A stretch of 64,000 nucleotides of DNA from assembly GCA_044432975.1 (NCBI GenBank), contig JAWXUC010000001.1, forward strand, positions 148,604 through 212,603, in the 5' to 3' direction. Below, in pieces: positions 48,578 to 57,845 of this stretch. The position numbers and the translations under genes are program-made. Position 1 is the first letter of the stretch; each line of letters starts with the position of its first letter. The notes beneath the pieces were generated by a model. The model was not told the origin of the DNA. It made no database searches and saw only the letters and a program-made list of their open reading frames with translations. The stretch is from Alphaproteobacteria bacterium. GTDB taxonomy: Bacteria > Pseudomonadota > Alphaproteobacteria > RF32 > CAG-239.

Positions 48578-50796
48578 TTTGTTCCAACGCCTCCTAACGT
48601 TTTCAATAAAAAATTCACCCCAAATTCAAAATCATTTTCAAGGTCAGGGTCACTAGAATTTTCTTTTTTTACATATCCTGTAATAGTTGTACATTCATTA
48701 TCATAAATCAATTGGCCACCATGCTCAAGAGAAGAACTATTCTCTCCATCCAAATCTTGACGATTATAAATCAGCAAAGACCAATTCTGAGACAATTTTG
48801 CCCTAACAGATGTATAAACCTCTTCTCTGGTATCATAATCATATAAAGTATTATCAAGATTAACGCTATCATCCAAATAAATATAAGAAACATAAAATTT
48901 CAACATACTAGGACCAAAAGTTGTACCTAGTTCAGAATATTTCAATGACAAATCATCTTTATCTAATCTATATCGATAATCTAAATCCAAATAATCAGAT
49001 GGAGCAGCATATACCCTACCTACATAATCACTAAAATGTTCATTTTCATCATCTGTTGTTGCAAAATCACTGTCTTCGTTAACATTATAAGTTTGAGCCA
49101 AAAACATTGCTGTTCTACCAAATCTTTCTCCATAAGAATTCCAATTCAAACCATAACTGATTCTTGAACCAACATCATTTCTGTCATATCCAGAATATCT
49201 ATCTAAACTTAATATATTCACATCGTCCAACCTAATATCAAGACTATCCTCATTAGGAATCTTATCTAACTGTTGTCCACCATTTGAAGCCAAAACACCA
49301 ACTACAACAGGTTCTAAAATATGTCTTGTTTCATCTTCTGCTAACTTAATAAAAGGCAAACGCCACTCCATTCCCAATTGAGGAAAAACTCTTGCCACCG
49401 CACCTGTATACTCCTCATCATAAGAATTTATATAATCAGAAACATAATAAGCATCTGATTTCAAACTTGCTTGCATTTTATATTTTTCACCATATTGACT
49501 GGTATAAGGCAAAACCCAAGAATTTATCATTGTAAAACGCTGAGTAGATGTATCATCATCATCTCTATTAACAGAAGCTGCATTAAATTGAGTTTTTGTA
49601 TAAGCCCCATATTTACCAACATTTCCATAATTTTCATAATCAAATAAAGGAGCAATAAAAGGCTGATTTGTATCCTGAAGCTCATAACTTAAAATATTAT
49701 AATAATAAGCAGATATAGAAGAATAATTTCTATTATTAAATCCTTCTAAACTAATTTCAGAAGTCAACCAAGGATCATCATCGTTTGGTAAAGACATATC
49801 TTTTAAGTATGTCCTATCTGAAGCATAATTAATATCAGCCTTCAAACGCCAAAGATCATTAATTTCATAAGTTAAATCTGAACGAATAACCCCTCTATCT
49901 TTATCTGTATCATCATCATGTAAAAAAGAACCACCTAGTTCTAAATACCCAGAAGCAACATATTTTTTATAAGTGGCATCATAAACAACACCCTTATCTG
50001 TAGAAACAATAGGAGAAAATAAAACATCTTGATGATCATCAATAGCCCAAAAATAAGAAGCGCCAATACTTGCACCAAGATAAGTATTAGACTTAATGCT
50101 AGGAGGCAAAAAACCTGAACGTCTTTTTACTTTTGGATCAGGATGAGAAAAATATGGAAGATAAAAAACAGGAACCCCTCCTAACTCAAGACGTGCATTT
50201 TTATAATAAATATTCTTACTTTCTTCATCATGAGTAATTTTAGATGCTCTTAACTGCCACATAGGATCTTCTCCCTGACAAACATCACAAGGAGAATAAG
50301 TTGCATTTTTCAAAACTTTTTTATTATCATCATATTTTTTAACATTTTTAGCAGATAATCTTGTTTGGTCTTCCATCACAACCAAAACATTGGTCATCTC
50401 AGCCTTAGAAAACTTTGAAGTCAATTCTGCATATTCAGAAAAAACAACCGCTCCGTTTTCTTCGACTAAAACAACATTTCCTGTTGCTGTTATTTCATCT
50501 TGCTTTTGATTATAAACAACCTTATCAGCATAAACCACCAAATTATCTTTAGTTATTTGCACATTGCCCATAGCAACAACAGTTGACAAATCTTTATAAT
50601 GTTCAATTTCATCTGCCTTAAAATCAACATCACCACTTTTTTTTGTTTCTTTTTCATCTAAAAAACTTGTTAAATTCTTTGTAGGATTAATTTCTGCATA
50701 AGGAACAGCGTCTGTAACATTTGCAATTTCTCCAACTAACTGTGCATTTGCATTAAAAGAAAAAAACAAAGCAATCATAACTACCGCAAACTTCAT
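48574..50796 (-). CDS. lptD: LPS-assembly outer-membrane protein LptD.
   Basis: Internal Met plus signal peptide MKFAVVMIALFFSFNANAQ, OstA N-domain and C-terminal barrel motif (RRSGFLPPSIKSNTYLGASIGASYFW). Confidence 0.85.
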   Translation of the reverse strand: MKFAVVMIALFFSFNANAQLVGEIANVTDAVPYAEINPTKNLTSFLDEKETKKSGDVDFKADEIEHYKDLSTVVAMGNVQITKDNLVVYADKVVYNQKQDEITATGNVVLVEENGAVVFSEYAELTSKFSKAEMTNVLVVMEDQTRLSAKNVKKYDDNKKVLKNATYSPCDVCQGEDPMWQLRASKITHDEESKNIYYKNARLELGGVPVFYLPYFSHPDPKVKRRSGFLPPSIKSNTYLGASIGASYFWAIDDHQDVLFSPIVSTDKGVVYDATYKKYVASGYLELGGSFLHDDDTDKDRGVIRSDLTYEINDLWRLKADINYASDRTYLKDMSLPNDDDPWLTSEISLEGFNNRNYSSISAYYYNILSYELQDTNQPFIAPLFDYENYGNVGKYGAYTKTQFNAASVNRDDDDTSTQRFTMINSWVLPYTSQYGEKYKMQASLKSDAYYVSDYINSYDEEYTGAVARVFPQLGMEWRLPFIKLAEDETRHILEPVVVGVLASNGGQQLDKIPNEDSLDIRLDDVNILSLDRYSGYDRNDVGSRISYGLNWNSYGERFGRTAMFLAQTYNVNEDSDFATTDDENEHFSDYVGRVYAAPSDYLDLDYRYRLDKDDLSLKYSELGTTFGPSMLKFYVSYIYLDDSVNLDNTLYDYDTREEVYTSVRAKLSQNWSLLIYNRQDLDGENSSSLEHGGQLIYDNECTTITGYVKKENSSDPDLENDFEFGVNFLLKTLGGVGTK

Positions 50797-51891
50797 TTTT
50801 TTAACCTTTTTAGGTCTATAAAAAAACAACAAAAATAAACAAACAAATAAAGGTAACAAAAAGTTTAGGTACATCAAAGGAACATATTTTATATTATCCG
50901 AAGCTTTTGAAAATATCATCAAATCAAAAGCCTGAACAAAAATCATAGCAACACTAGAAACCGCCAAAATTTTTCCCTGACCTCTCCTATTAAAACCACC
51001 AACAATCAAACCTATACAACCCATAAATGCAAACAGAACATTAAATAATGAAGATAAAATTCTTTTTGTTGCCTCAGCATATCTTTGAGCTTGTTCTTGA
51101 GAAGACAAATTTTTATCATCAGGCGCATTCCACAATTCAGCAAAACTATGAGTTCTAACGCTTCCTTGTCTTTTACCAACCTTTTGAGAGCTACCAATAT
51201 CAATAGAATAACGATCAAACTCTGTTGTTTTTAAATCTTGTTTTTTTAAGTTAAATTCCTGAGACGTTCCATTCACTAAAATAATCTTAGGTTTTTGATT
51301 ATTATAAACAATACGGCCAAATTCTGCAAAAATAGTTTTTTTCAACAAAGGTTTTGTTTCATCATTAATTAAAACCCCTTCAACAGAACCATCTTTATTT
51401 TGCTTACTAACAAAAATAGTCAACCCATTTTGCAAAAAGTTAAACTCACCAGATTTTAAAACTATTCCTGAAATATTATTTTTTATTTGCCATTGAAGCT
51501 CATTAAATTTTTTCTCTGCCCAACCGATTCCATAGTTATAAACAAAAAAGTTGCAAATCATTAATATAATACCAAAATAAACCGCTGGCTTAACTAAAGA
51601 ACAAGGAGCAATTCCTGCTGCTTTAATAACGACCAACTCTCGATCAGATAACATTTTATTATATACAAACAACACGCAAGCAAACACAGCAATAGGAGAT
51701 ATAACTCCAAAAATTCTGGGCATTAAAAGAGATGTAATTTCAATAAAAGTAACAACACCAATCCCCTTATCTGTAATAAAGTCTAGAAACCTCAAAGATT
51801 GTGTAAGCCAAATAATTGCCATTAAAGACATCACTGTCAATAAAAAGCTTATAAATATCTGTTTAAAAATATATTTATCTAGTTTTTTCAT
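50797..51891 (-). CDS. lptG: LPS export permease LptG (LptF/LptG family). It reads through into lptD with no stop codon.
   Basis: MKKLDKYIFKQIFISFLLTVMSLMAIIWLTQSLRFLDF is the YjgP/YjgQ N-terminus. A 365-aa permease portion is followed in frame by the lptD start Met. Confidence 0.7.
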
Positions 51892-51910
51892 TTCAATACA
51901 TAATTAAAAA

Positions 51911-53149
51911 TTACATTTCAAAATGATTAATAGCCCCTTTTATATAATAATGCAAGCCCTTTTCATCTCCTCTTAATGAATTAAGATTGCTTTCTAACTC
52001 CAAACAAAAATAAGATTCTTTATCTATATATGGAGATTTAGCTAAATATTTTTGAATTTGTAAAATTTTCAAACTATCGTCTTTAGCAATTAATTGATGA
52101 ACTTCATCTCTAGCTGATGACCACTTTCCATGTTCAGAACCATTATTATTAAGTTGATTTTCCTTAAATTGAGAAACTAAAGTTTTTTTAAGATGCCTTC
52201 TTTGCTTAAAATATTCTTTTTTCATATCCACATCTGCAATATCTTTTCCCTCTACCAATGCCTGATGCAATAAAGAAACATACACACTGCGATGCGAAGC
52301 AAAACTTAGTTTATCTTTCTTACCCTTATCATCAAAAGAAAACAAATAAGAATTCAGTCTACTAACATCAGCCTCTCTTCTTTTTTTACAAGCAAATACA
52401 ATAACATCTTTATTTTCATCAAAATCTTTTTCCAACTTTAAGGCTTCTTCATCATTAAAATTTGTTTGAGACACCAAACTATATAAAAAGTTCCTATTTA
52501 CAATAGTTGTCTTTTTTTGATACAAATCAATTACAGATTTAATTACTCTTTTATGACCAGATTCCATAATATCTGTTGTTTGACCACATAAAGAAATTTG
52601 AGATGCTTCAGATTTATGAATAGCCCTATATTTATCTAAAAGATTAAAAAGATATCTCATGTCTGTAGACTTTGGAGGCTTTCTTGTAAACAAGTGGTTT
52701 GCATACTCAATAACATTAACCGCCTTAGGATTATCATCAACTCTATCAAAAAAACTGTTTCTAGGTTGAGGCAAAAATCTTTTTTTACATTTATCAGAAC
52801 ACTTAATCTTATATTTGCCAAGAACATTTCTAGTTTCTTCTTTTTCTTTTTCATCCAAATCAAGCCAAACAGAAATTTTTTCAAAAGCCAAAACCAATGC
52901 TTTCTTAGAAAAGTACTTTGCAAATTTTCCCTGAAAATGCCCCACAACATAAGATGAATTTTTTTTTCTTTGCTCAGGCGTTAAATTTGTTTTATTAATT
53001 AAAGAAACACAAGCGTCAACCAAATCATCTTGCAAAGAATAATTAACGTTTGTTTCAGAAGAATATTTCATAAGCTTAGTCAAACATTCATCAAAACGCC
53101 TTTGCTTTTGACCATTTTCTGTATTAATAGCATCTTTTCTGGGTCGCAT
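51911..53149 (-). CDS. Hypothetical hydrophilic protein (412 aa) with no TM helices, signal peptide or recognisable domain.
   Basis: Long ORF with coding-like composition occupying the position where lptF is expected. K/E-rich. Confidence 0.45.
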   Translation of the reverse strand: MRPRKDAINTENGQKQRRFDECLTKLMKYSSETNVNYSLQDDLVDACVSLINKTNLTPEQRKKNSSYVVGHFQGKFAKYFSKKALVLAFEKISVWLDLDEKEKEETRNVLGKYKIKCSDKCKKRFLPQPRNSFFDRVDDNPKAVNVIEYANHLFTRKPPKSTDMRYLFNLLDKYRAIHKSEASQISLCGQTTDIMESGHKRVIKSVIDLYQKKTTIVNRNFLYSLVSQTNFNDEEALKLEKDFDENKDVIVFACKKRREADVSRLNSYLFSFDDKGKKDKLSFASHRSVYVSLLHQALVEGKDIADVDMKKEYFKQRRHLKKTLVSQFKENQLNNNGSEHGKWSSARDEVHQLIAKDDSLKILQIQKYLAKSPYIDKESYFCLELESNLNSLRGDEKGLHYYIKGAINHFEM

Positions 53150-53270
53150 CCAATACTCTCCACTTGTTTTTTGTCAAATTATCACAAAAAACAAAAAAGG
53201 TCAATGCAAAACTTAAAATATTTTATTGAAAATTATAATTAATATAATAAAAAGAAGAAAAGGAATGTTA

Positions 53271-53999
53271 ATGAAAAAACTATTTTACACAATTGTAGCT
53301 ACTTTAATAAGCAACCCTGCTTTTGCTCAAACCCTTAATTTAACAGTAGATCAAGCCGCAACAGGTAGTACAACAGCAAGAATTTTTAACACGATTCTAC
53401 TTATAACAGTCTTATCATTAGCTCCATCAATTTTAATCATGATGACATCATTTGTTCGCATAATTGTTGTTTTTTCAATAACAAGAAGTGCTCTTGCAAC
53501 TCAAGCAACCCCACCCAACATGGTTTTAGTATCATTAGCATTGTTTTTAACACTCTTTGTAATGTCTCCTGTGCTTGAAAAATCTTGGGAAGAAGGCATT
53601 AAACCAATGTATAATGAGCAAGTAGATACTATGGATGGCTTAGAAAAAGCAGTTTCTCCAATAAAAGAATTTATGATAAAAAACACTCGTGAAAAAGATT
53701 TACTACTGTTTGTAGATTTAGCAAAATTAGAAAAAACACCTAAAAGCTTTGAAGATACCCCATTAAAAGTAGCGATTCCCGCATTTATGATATCAGAATT
53801 AAAAAGAGCTTTTGAAATAGGCTTCTTAGTTTTTATCCCATTTTTAATAATAGACATGGTAATAGCATCTGTATTAATGTCTATGGGTATGATGATGCTC
53901 CCACCTACAGTTTTAGCCTTACCTTTTAAGGTAATATTCTTTGTTCTTGTAGATGGCTGGCACATGCTTGCAGGCTCATTAGTAAATTCATTTAATTAA
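53271..53999 (+). CDS. fliP: Flagellar biosynthesis protein FliP.
   Basis: Signal peptide plus a polytopic membrane protein with the conserved FliP core (ALGMMMLPP, PFKVIFFVLVDGW). SD aagga precedes the ATG at 53271. Confidence 0.85.
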   Translation: MKKLFYTIVATLISNPAFAQTLNLTVDQAATGSTTARIFNTILLITVLSLAPSILIMMTSFVRIIVVFSITRSALATQATPPNMVLVSLALFLTLFVMSPVLEKSWEEGIKPMYNEQVDTMDGLEKAVSPIKEFMIKNTREKDLLLFVDLAKLEKTPKSFEDTPLKVAIPAFMISELKRAFEIGFLVFIPFLIIDMVIASVLMSMGMMMLPPTVLALPFKVIFFVLVDGWHMLAGSLVNSFN

Positions 54000-54098
54000 A
54001 AAAACACACACTCAAACAAACACAAAAAACTTTATTTTACAGGCAAGAAAGCAAAGTAAAAAGCTTTATTTTACAAAGAGCTATCACACAGCTTCACT

Positions 54099-54140
54099 AT
54101 TCTAGATTTCTAGAATTCTAGAATTCTAGAAATCTAGAAT
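54099..54140. repeat. Perfect 42-bp palindrome built from five 8-bp TCTAGAWW units.
   Basis: Sequence attctagatttctagaattctagaattctagaaatctagaat. Confidence 0.65.
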
Positions 54141-54198
54141 AATCAATAATAAAAACAGCAAAAAAGAAGTAATAATTATGCACTTATTTATATTTTTA

Positions 54199-54228
54199 TA
54201 GACAAGAAAAAACTTATATAATATTATG
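54199..54228 (+). promoter_or_regulatory. Candidate sigma-70 promoter of ileS.
   Basis: TAGACA-N17-TATTAT ends about 35 nt upstream of the ileS ATG. Confidence 0.3.
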
Positions 54229-54262
54229 CAAAAAAATAATTTATAAAATAGAAAGAGATAAA

Positions 54263-57200
54263 ATGACAAAGTTTTATAACAATCAAACTCCAAAAGCTAA
54301 TTTTGTAGCAATAGAAAAAGAACTACTTAAATTTTGGGAAACCAACCAAACATTTGAAAAATCTGTTTTAAACAGATCAAACGCAGAAGAATTTGTTTTT
54401 TATGACGGTCCTCCTTTTGCAAACGGCACCCCACACTACGGACACATGATGGTATCTTATGTTAAAGACGTTGTTGCTCGCTTTCAAACTCAAGCTGGCA
54501 AAAAAGTAGAACGTAGATTAGGTTGGGACTGCCACGGTCTTCCTGCAGAAATGAGCGCAGAACAACAATTACAAGTTTCTGGCCATAAACAAATTGAAGA
54601 ATTTGGCATTGAAAAATTCAATTCATTCTGCCAACAAGACGTTTTAAAATATTCAAACATTTGGGTAGATATGTTCAAACGTATTGGTCGTTGGGTTGAT
54701 TTTTCTCATGATTACAAAACAATGGATTTGCCATATATGGAATCTGTTATAAATAACTTCAAACAACTTTATGATAAAGGTTTGATGTATGAAGACTTTA
54801 GAGTATTACCATATTCTTGGTCTGCAGAAACTGTATTATCAAATATGGAAGTAAACTTAGGCTATAAAGATGTTACAGACAACGCAATTACTGTTATGTT
54901 CAAATTAGAAAATGGAATGAACATTCTTGTTTGGACAACAACTCCTTGGACATTGCCATCAAACTTAATGCTTGCTGTTGGTAAAGATATTGAGTATGCA
55001 ATTATGAGCGAGGCTGATGAAAAATACATTATAGCTAAAGGCCTTTTAGGCAAATATAAAAAACAATTAGAAAATGCTGTTGAAGTTGGCACAATGAAAG
55101 GTTCTGAATTAGTTGGCATGAGCTACACTCCAATTTTTGATTACTTCAAAAATGAACCTAAAGCATTCAAAGTTTTAGCAGGTGAATTCGTTTCTACAGA
55201 AGATGGTACTGGTGTTGTTCACATTGCCCCTGGTTTTGGTCAAGATGACTTTGAAGTTTGCCGTACTTATGATAAAGATTTTCCAGTAATTTGCCCTGTT
55301 GACGATGCAGGTTGTTTTACTGCAGAAGTTTCTGATTATGTAGGCAAACAAGTTTTTGAAACCAATGAACCAATTATGCAATTATTAAAAGAGCGTGGCA
55401 TTTTGGTTAAAAAAGAACAATATACTCACTCTTACCCATTCTGCTGGAGAACAGATAAACCTTTAATTTATAAAGCAATGAGTTCTTGGTTTGTAAAAGT
55501 TACAGATTTTAGAGATGATATGGTTAAAAACAACCAGCTTATCAACTGGGTGCCAGATCACATTAAAGATGGTCGTTTTGGCAAATGGTTAGAAGGTGCT
55601 AGAGATTGGTCAATTTCAAGAAACCGTTTCTGGGGAGCTCCAATTCCTGTTTGGAAATCTGACAATCCAAACTTCCCAAGAATTGATGTCTTGGGTTCTG
55701 TTGCAGAAATCAAAGAAAAAACAGGTTTTGAAATTAAAAATCTTCACAAACCATATATTGATGAAGTTGTATATCCAAACCCTGATGACGCTAGTGGCAA
55801 AACTATGATGCGTAGAGTTGGAGATGTTTTTGACTGTTGGTTTGAAAGTGGTTCAATGCCTTATGCTCAAGTTCATTACCCATTTGACAACAAAGAATGG
55901 TTTGAAAATCATTTCCCAGCAGATTTCATTGTTGAAGCTGTTGATCAAACTCGTGGTTGGTTTTATACATTAACGGTTCTTGCAACTGCTTTGCACAACA
56001 AACCTGCATTTAAAAATTGTATTTGTACAGGCTTATTAATGGCAGAAGGTGGCGTTAAGTTATCTAAAAAATTAAAAAATTATCCTGATCCTAACTTAAT
56101 TTTAGACACATTAGGCTCCGATAGTTTGCGTTGGTTCTTAATGTCTTCTCCAGTAATCAAAGGCGGAAACGTTGCCGTTGACCAAGAAGGAAAAGAAATT
56201 GCCAAAGCAACTCGTGAAGCTTTAATTCCACTTTGGAATGCTTTTTACTTCTTTGTATTATATGCTAATGCAGAAAATTATGAAGCTAAAGAAATAACTT
56301 CTTCTGATAATTTCTTAGATTCATACATTTTATCAAAATTAAAAACCTTATCAGCAAGTGTTTATAAAGATATGCAAGCTTATGAAATCGCCAATGCGTC
56401 AGCAAGCATTGCTCAATTTATAGAAGTATTAAACAACTGGTATATTAGAAGAACAAGAGAGCGCTTCTGGGAAGGCGACAAGCAAGCATTTAACACACTT
56501 TATACAGTGCTTGTTAATGTTTGCAAAATTGCTGCTCCATTAATGCCTTTTGCATCTGAATATATCTTTAAAGAACTAACAAAACAAGAATCTGTTCACT
56601 TAACAGATTACCCTACTCTATCTGAAATTAAAGAAGACAACAAATTAATTGCAGATATGGATATGGTTCAAGATTTATGCTCTTCTGCAAAATTCATCAG
56701 AGAAGAAAAATCTTTAAGAAACAGACTTCCATTAGCATCTTTGAAAATTGTAGGCTTGAATTTAGATGGCAAAATGCAAGAAATCATTAAAGACGAAATC
56801 AACGTAAAAGAAATTTTATTTGATGATGACATTGCAAAATATGCAACTAAAACTGTTTATTTATATACTCCATTATTAGGCAAAGCTCTTGGCAAAGATA
56901 TGGGAGCCGTAATGGGAGCATATAAACAAGGTAAATGGGAATTAAATGGCGACAAATTAGAAATCGCTGGCCTTTCATTAACTTCTGATTTATTTGAAGT
57001 TAGATTAGAAATGAAAGATGGCATTGCAGGCCGTGCATTTGCAGAAAACAGAGCGATTGTGCTATTAGACACAAACATAACACCAGAGCTTAAAGCAGAA
57101 GGTATCGCTAGAGATTTTGTTCGTTTAATTCAAAACCTTCGTAAAGAAAAAGATTTTGATGTATCTGATAGAATAGAACTTTTTTACTCTTCAGATGATG

Positions 57201-57346
57201 CAGAAATAAATCAAGCTTTGAGCAAAAATGCAGAATACATAAAAGCTCAAGTATTAGCAATTAAAATAGAAAATAATTGTGTTTCAGGAACAACAGAAAC
57301 AATAGAAAACAAGGGAGTTATTTTTGATGTTAAAAGAACTGCTTAA
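54263..57346 (+). CDS. ileS: Isoleucyl-tRNA synthetase, eukaryote-like type 2.
   Basis: FVFYDGPPFANGTPHYGHMMVSYVKDV...RRLGWDCHGLPAE closely follows the type-2 IleRS pattern (HYGH, KLSKKLKN for KMSKS). 1027 aa with no C-terminal Zn domain. Confidence 0.95.
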   Translation: MTKFYNNQTPKANFVAIEKELLKFWETNQTFEKSVLNRSNAEEFVFYDGPPFANGTPHYGHMMVSYVKDVVARFQTQAGKKVERRLGWDCHGLPAEMSAEQQLQVSGHKQIEEFGIEKFNSFCQQDVLKYSNIWVDMFKRIGRWVDFSHDYKTMDLPYMESVINNFKQLYDKGLMYEDFRVLPYSWSAETVLSNMEVNLGYKDVTDNAITVMFKLENGMNILVWTTTPWTLPSNLMLAVGKDIEYAIMSEADEKYIIAKGLLGKYKKQLENAVEVGTMKGSELVGMSYTPIFDYFKNEPKAFKVLAGEFVSTEDGTGVVHIAPGFGQDDFEVCRTYDKDFPVICPVDDAGCFTAEVSDYVGKQVFETNEPIMQLLKERGILVKKEQYTHSYPFCWRTDKPLIYKAMSSWFVKVTDFRDDMVKNNQLINWVPDHIKDGRFGKWLEGARDWSISRNRFWGAPIPVWKSDNPNFPRIDVLGSVAEIKEKTGFEIKNLHKPYIDEVVYPNPDDASGKTMMRRVGDVFDCWFESGSMPYAQVHYPFDNKEWFENHFPADFIVEAVDQTRGWFYTLTVLATALHNKPAFKNCICTGLLMAEGGVKLSKKLKNYPDPNLILDTLGSDSLRWFLMSSPVIKGGNVAVDQEGKEIAKATREALIPLWNAFYFFVLYANAENYEAKEITSSDNFLDSYILSKLKTLSASVYKDMQAYEIANASASIAQFIEVLNNWYIRRTRERFWEGDKQAFNTLYTVLVNVCKIAAPLMPFASEYIFKELTKQESVHLTDYPTLSEIKEDNKLIADMDMVQDLCSSAKFIREEKSLRNRLPLASLKIVGLNLDGKMQEIIKDEINVKEILFDDDIAKYATKTVYLYTPLLGKALGKDMGAVMGAYKQGKWELNGDKLEIAGLSLTSDLFEVRLEMKDGIAGRAFAENRAIVLLDTNITPELKAEGIARDFVRLIQNLRKEKDFDVSDRIELFYSSDDAEINQALSKNAEYIKAQVLAIKIENNCVSGTTETIENKGVIFDVKRTA

Positions 57347-57695
57347 CAAAAAAATTGATTTATACAAAACTTTTTATGGTTACGGATTATTTGGACTATT
57401 TATAGCAAGATTAGTCGTTTGGGTATTTAATTTTTGGAATACAAGCGCCTTAAAAGGAATGTCTATTATAAATTATTACAAATATAAATTTACACCAATT
57501 GGTGCAGATATGAACGCGGTTTTCTCAACATTGTTTTATTTAGCATCAATATATGGTTTTGTTTATTATGCGATAATTGTTTTCAAACTTGTTTGGAAGT
57601 CTTGTGCTGACTTTGAAAAAAGCTTGTTTTTAGAATTTATGGCAAGAGTTTTAATTGTAATATGGGCATTATCATTAGCTTGGAGCATTTTATGA
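57324..57695 (+). CDS. Hypothetical small membrane protein.
   Basis: Three predicted TM helices. Overlaps the ileS 3' end. Confidence 0.35.
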   Translation: MMLKELLNKKIDLYKTFYGYGLFGLFIARLVVWVFNFWNTSALKGMSIINYYKYKFTPIGADMNAVFSTLFYLASIYGFVYYAIIVFKLVWKSCADFEKSLFLEFMARVLIVIWALSLAWSIL

Positions 57696-57841
57696 AAAAA
57701 ATGATTTTAGTTGCAATGATACTACTTATAAGCGGATGCGTTGTTGGCGAGTTTGAACCAAAAAGAGAAAAACTTCACTCCAAAGGAAAAAACATCTGCC
57801 AAACAAATCCCGAAAGATGTTTCAACGGACAACCTTGGTAA
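57692..57841 (+). CDS. Small putative lipoprotein (49 aa).
   Basis: MKKMILVAMILLISGCVV lipobox. Not in the ORF track because it is under 60 aa. It overlaps the spurious 5' extension of the ABC-F ORF. Confidence 0.3.
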   Translation: MKKMILVAMILLISGCVVGEFEPKREKLHSKGKNICQTNPERCFNGQPW

Positions 57842-57845
57842 AATA

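Noticed and set aside
48574-51891. Treating the 1105-aa ORF as a single protein
   Set aside because: It contains a complete LptG permease followed by an internal Met plus signal peptide and a complete LptD. It is annotated as two genes, with the missing stop reported as a finding.
52950-52965. The A9 homopolymer in the 412-aa orphan ORF as a phase-variation switch
   Set aside because: Runs of 8-10 A or T are frequent by chance at about 30% GC (for example several in intergenic regions here). There is no evidence of an alternative frame. It is kept only as a note.
54099-54140. A polylinker-like XbaI/EcoRI sequence as cloning-vector contamination
   Set aside because: The flanking sequence is continuous native-looking AT-rich intergenic DNA with a plausible ileS promoter. 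The array is an internally symmetric 8-bp tandem repeat rather than a known multiple cloning site. Contamination cannot be fully excluded without reads.
57741-57845. The 5' extension of the ABC-F ORF (first 35 codons)
   Set aside because: It overlaps a better-supported 49-aa lipoprotein ORF in another frame. The ABC-F N-terminal alignment begins at the Met at 57846.
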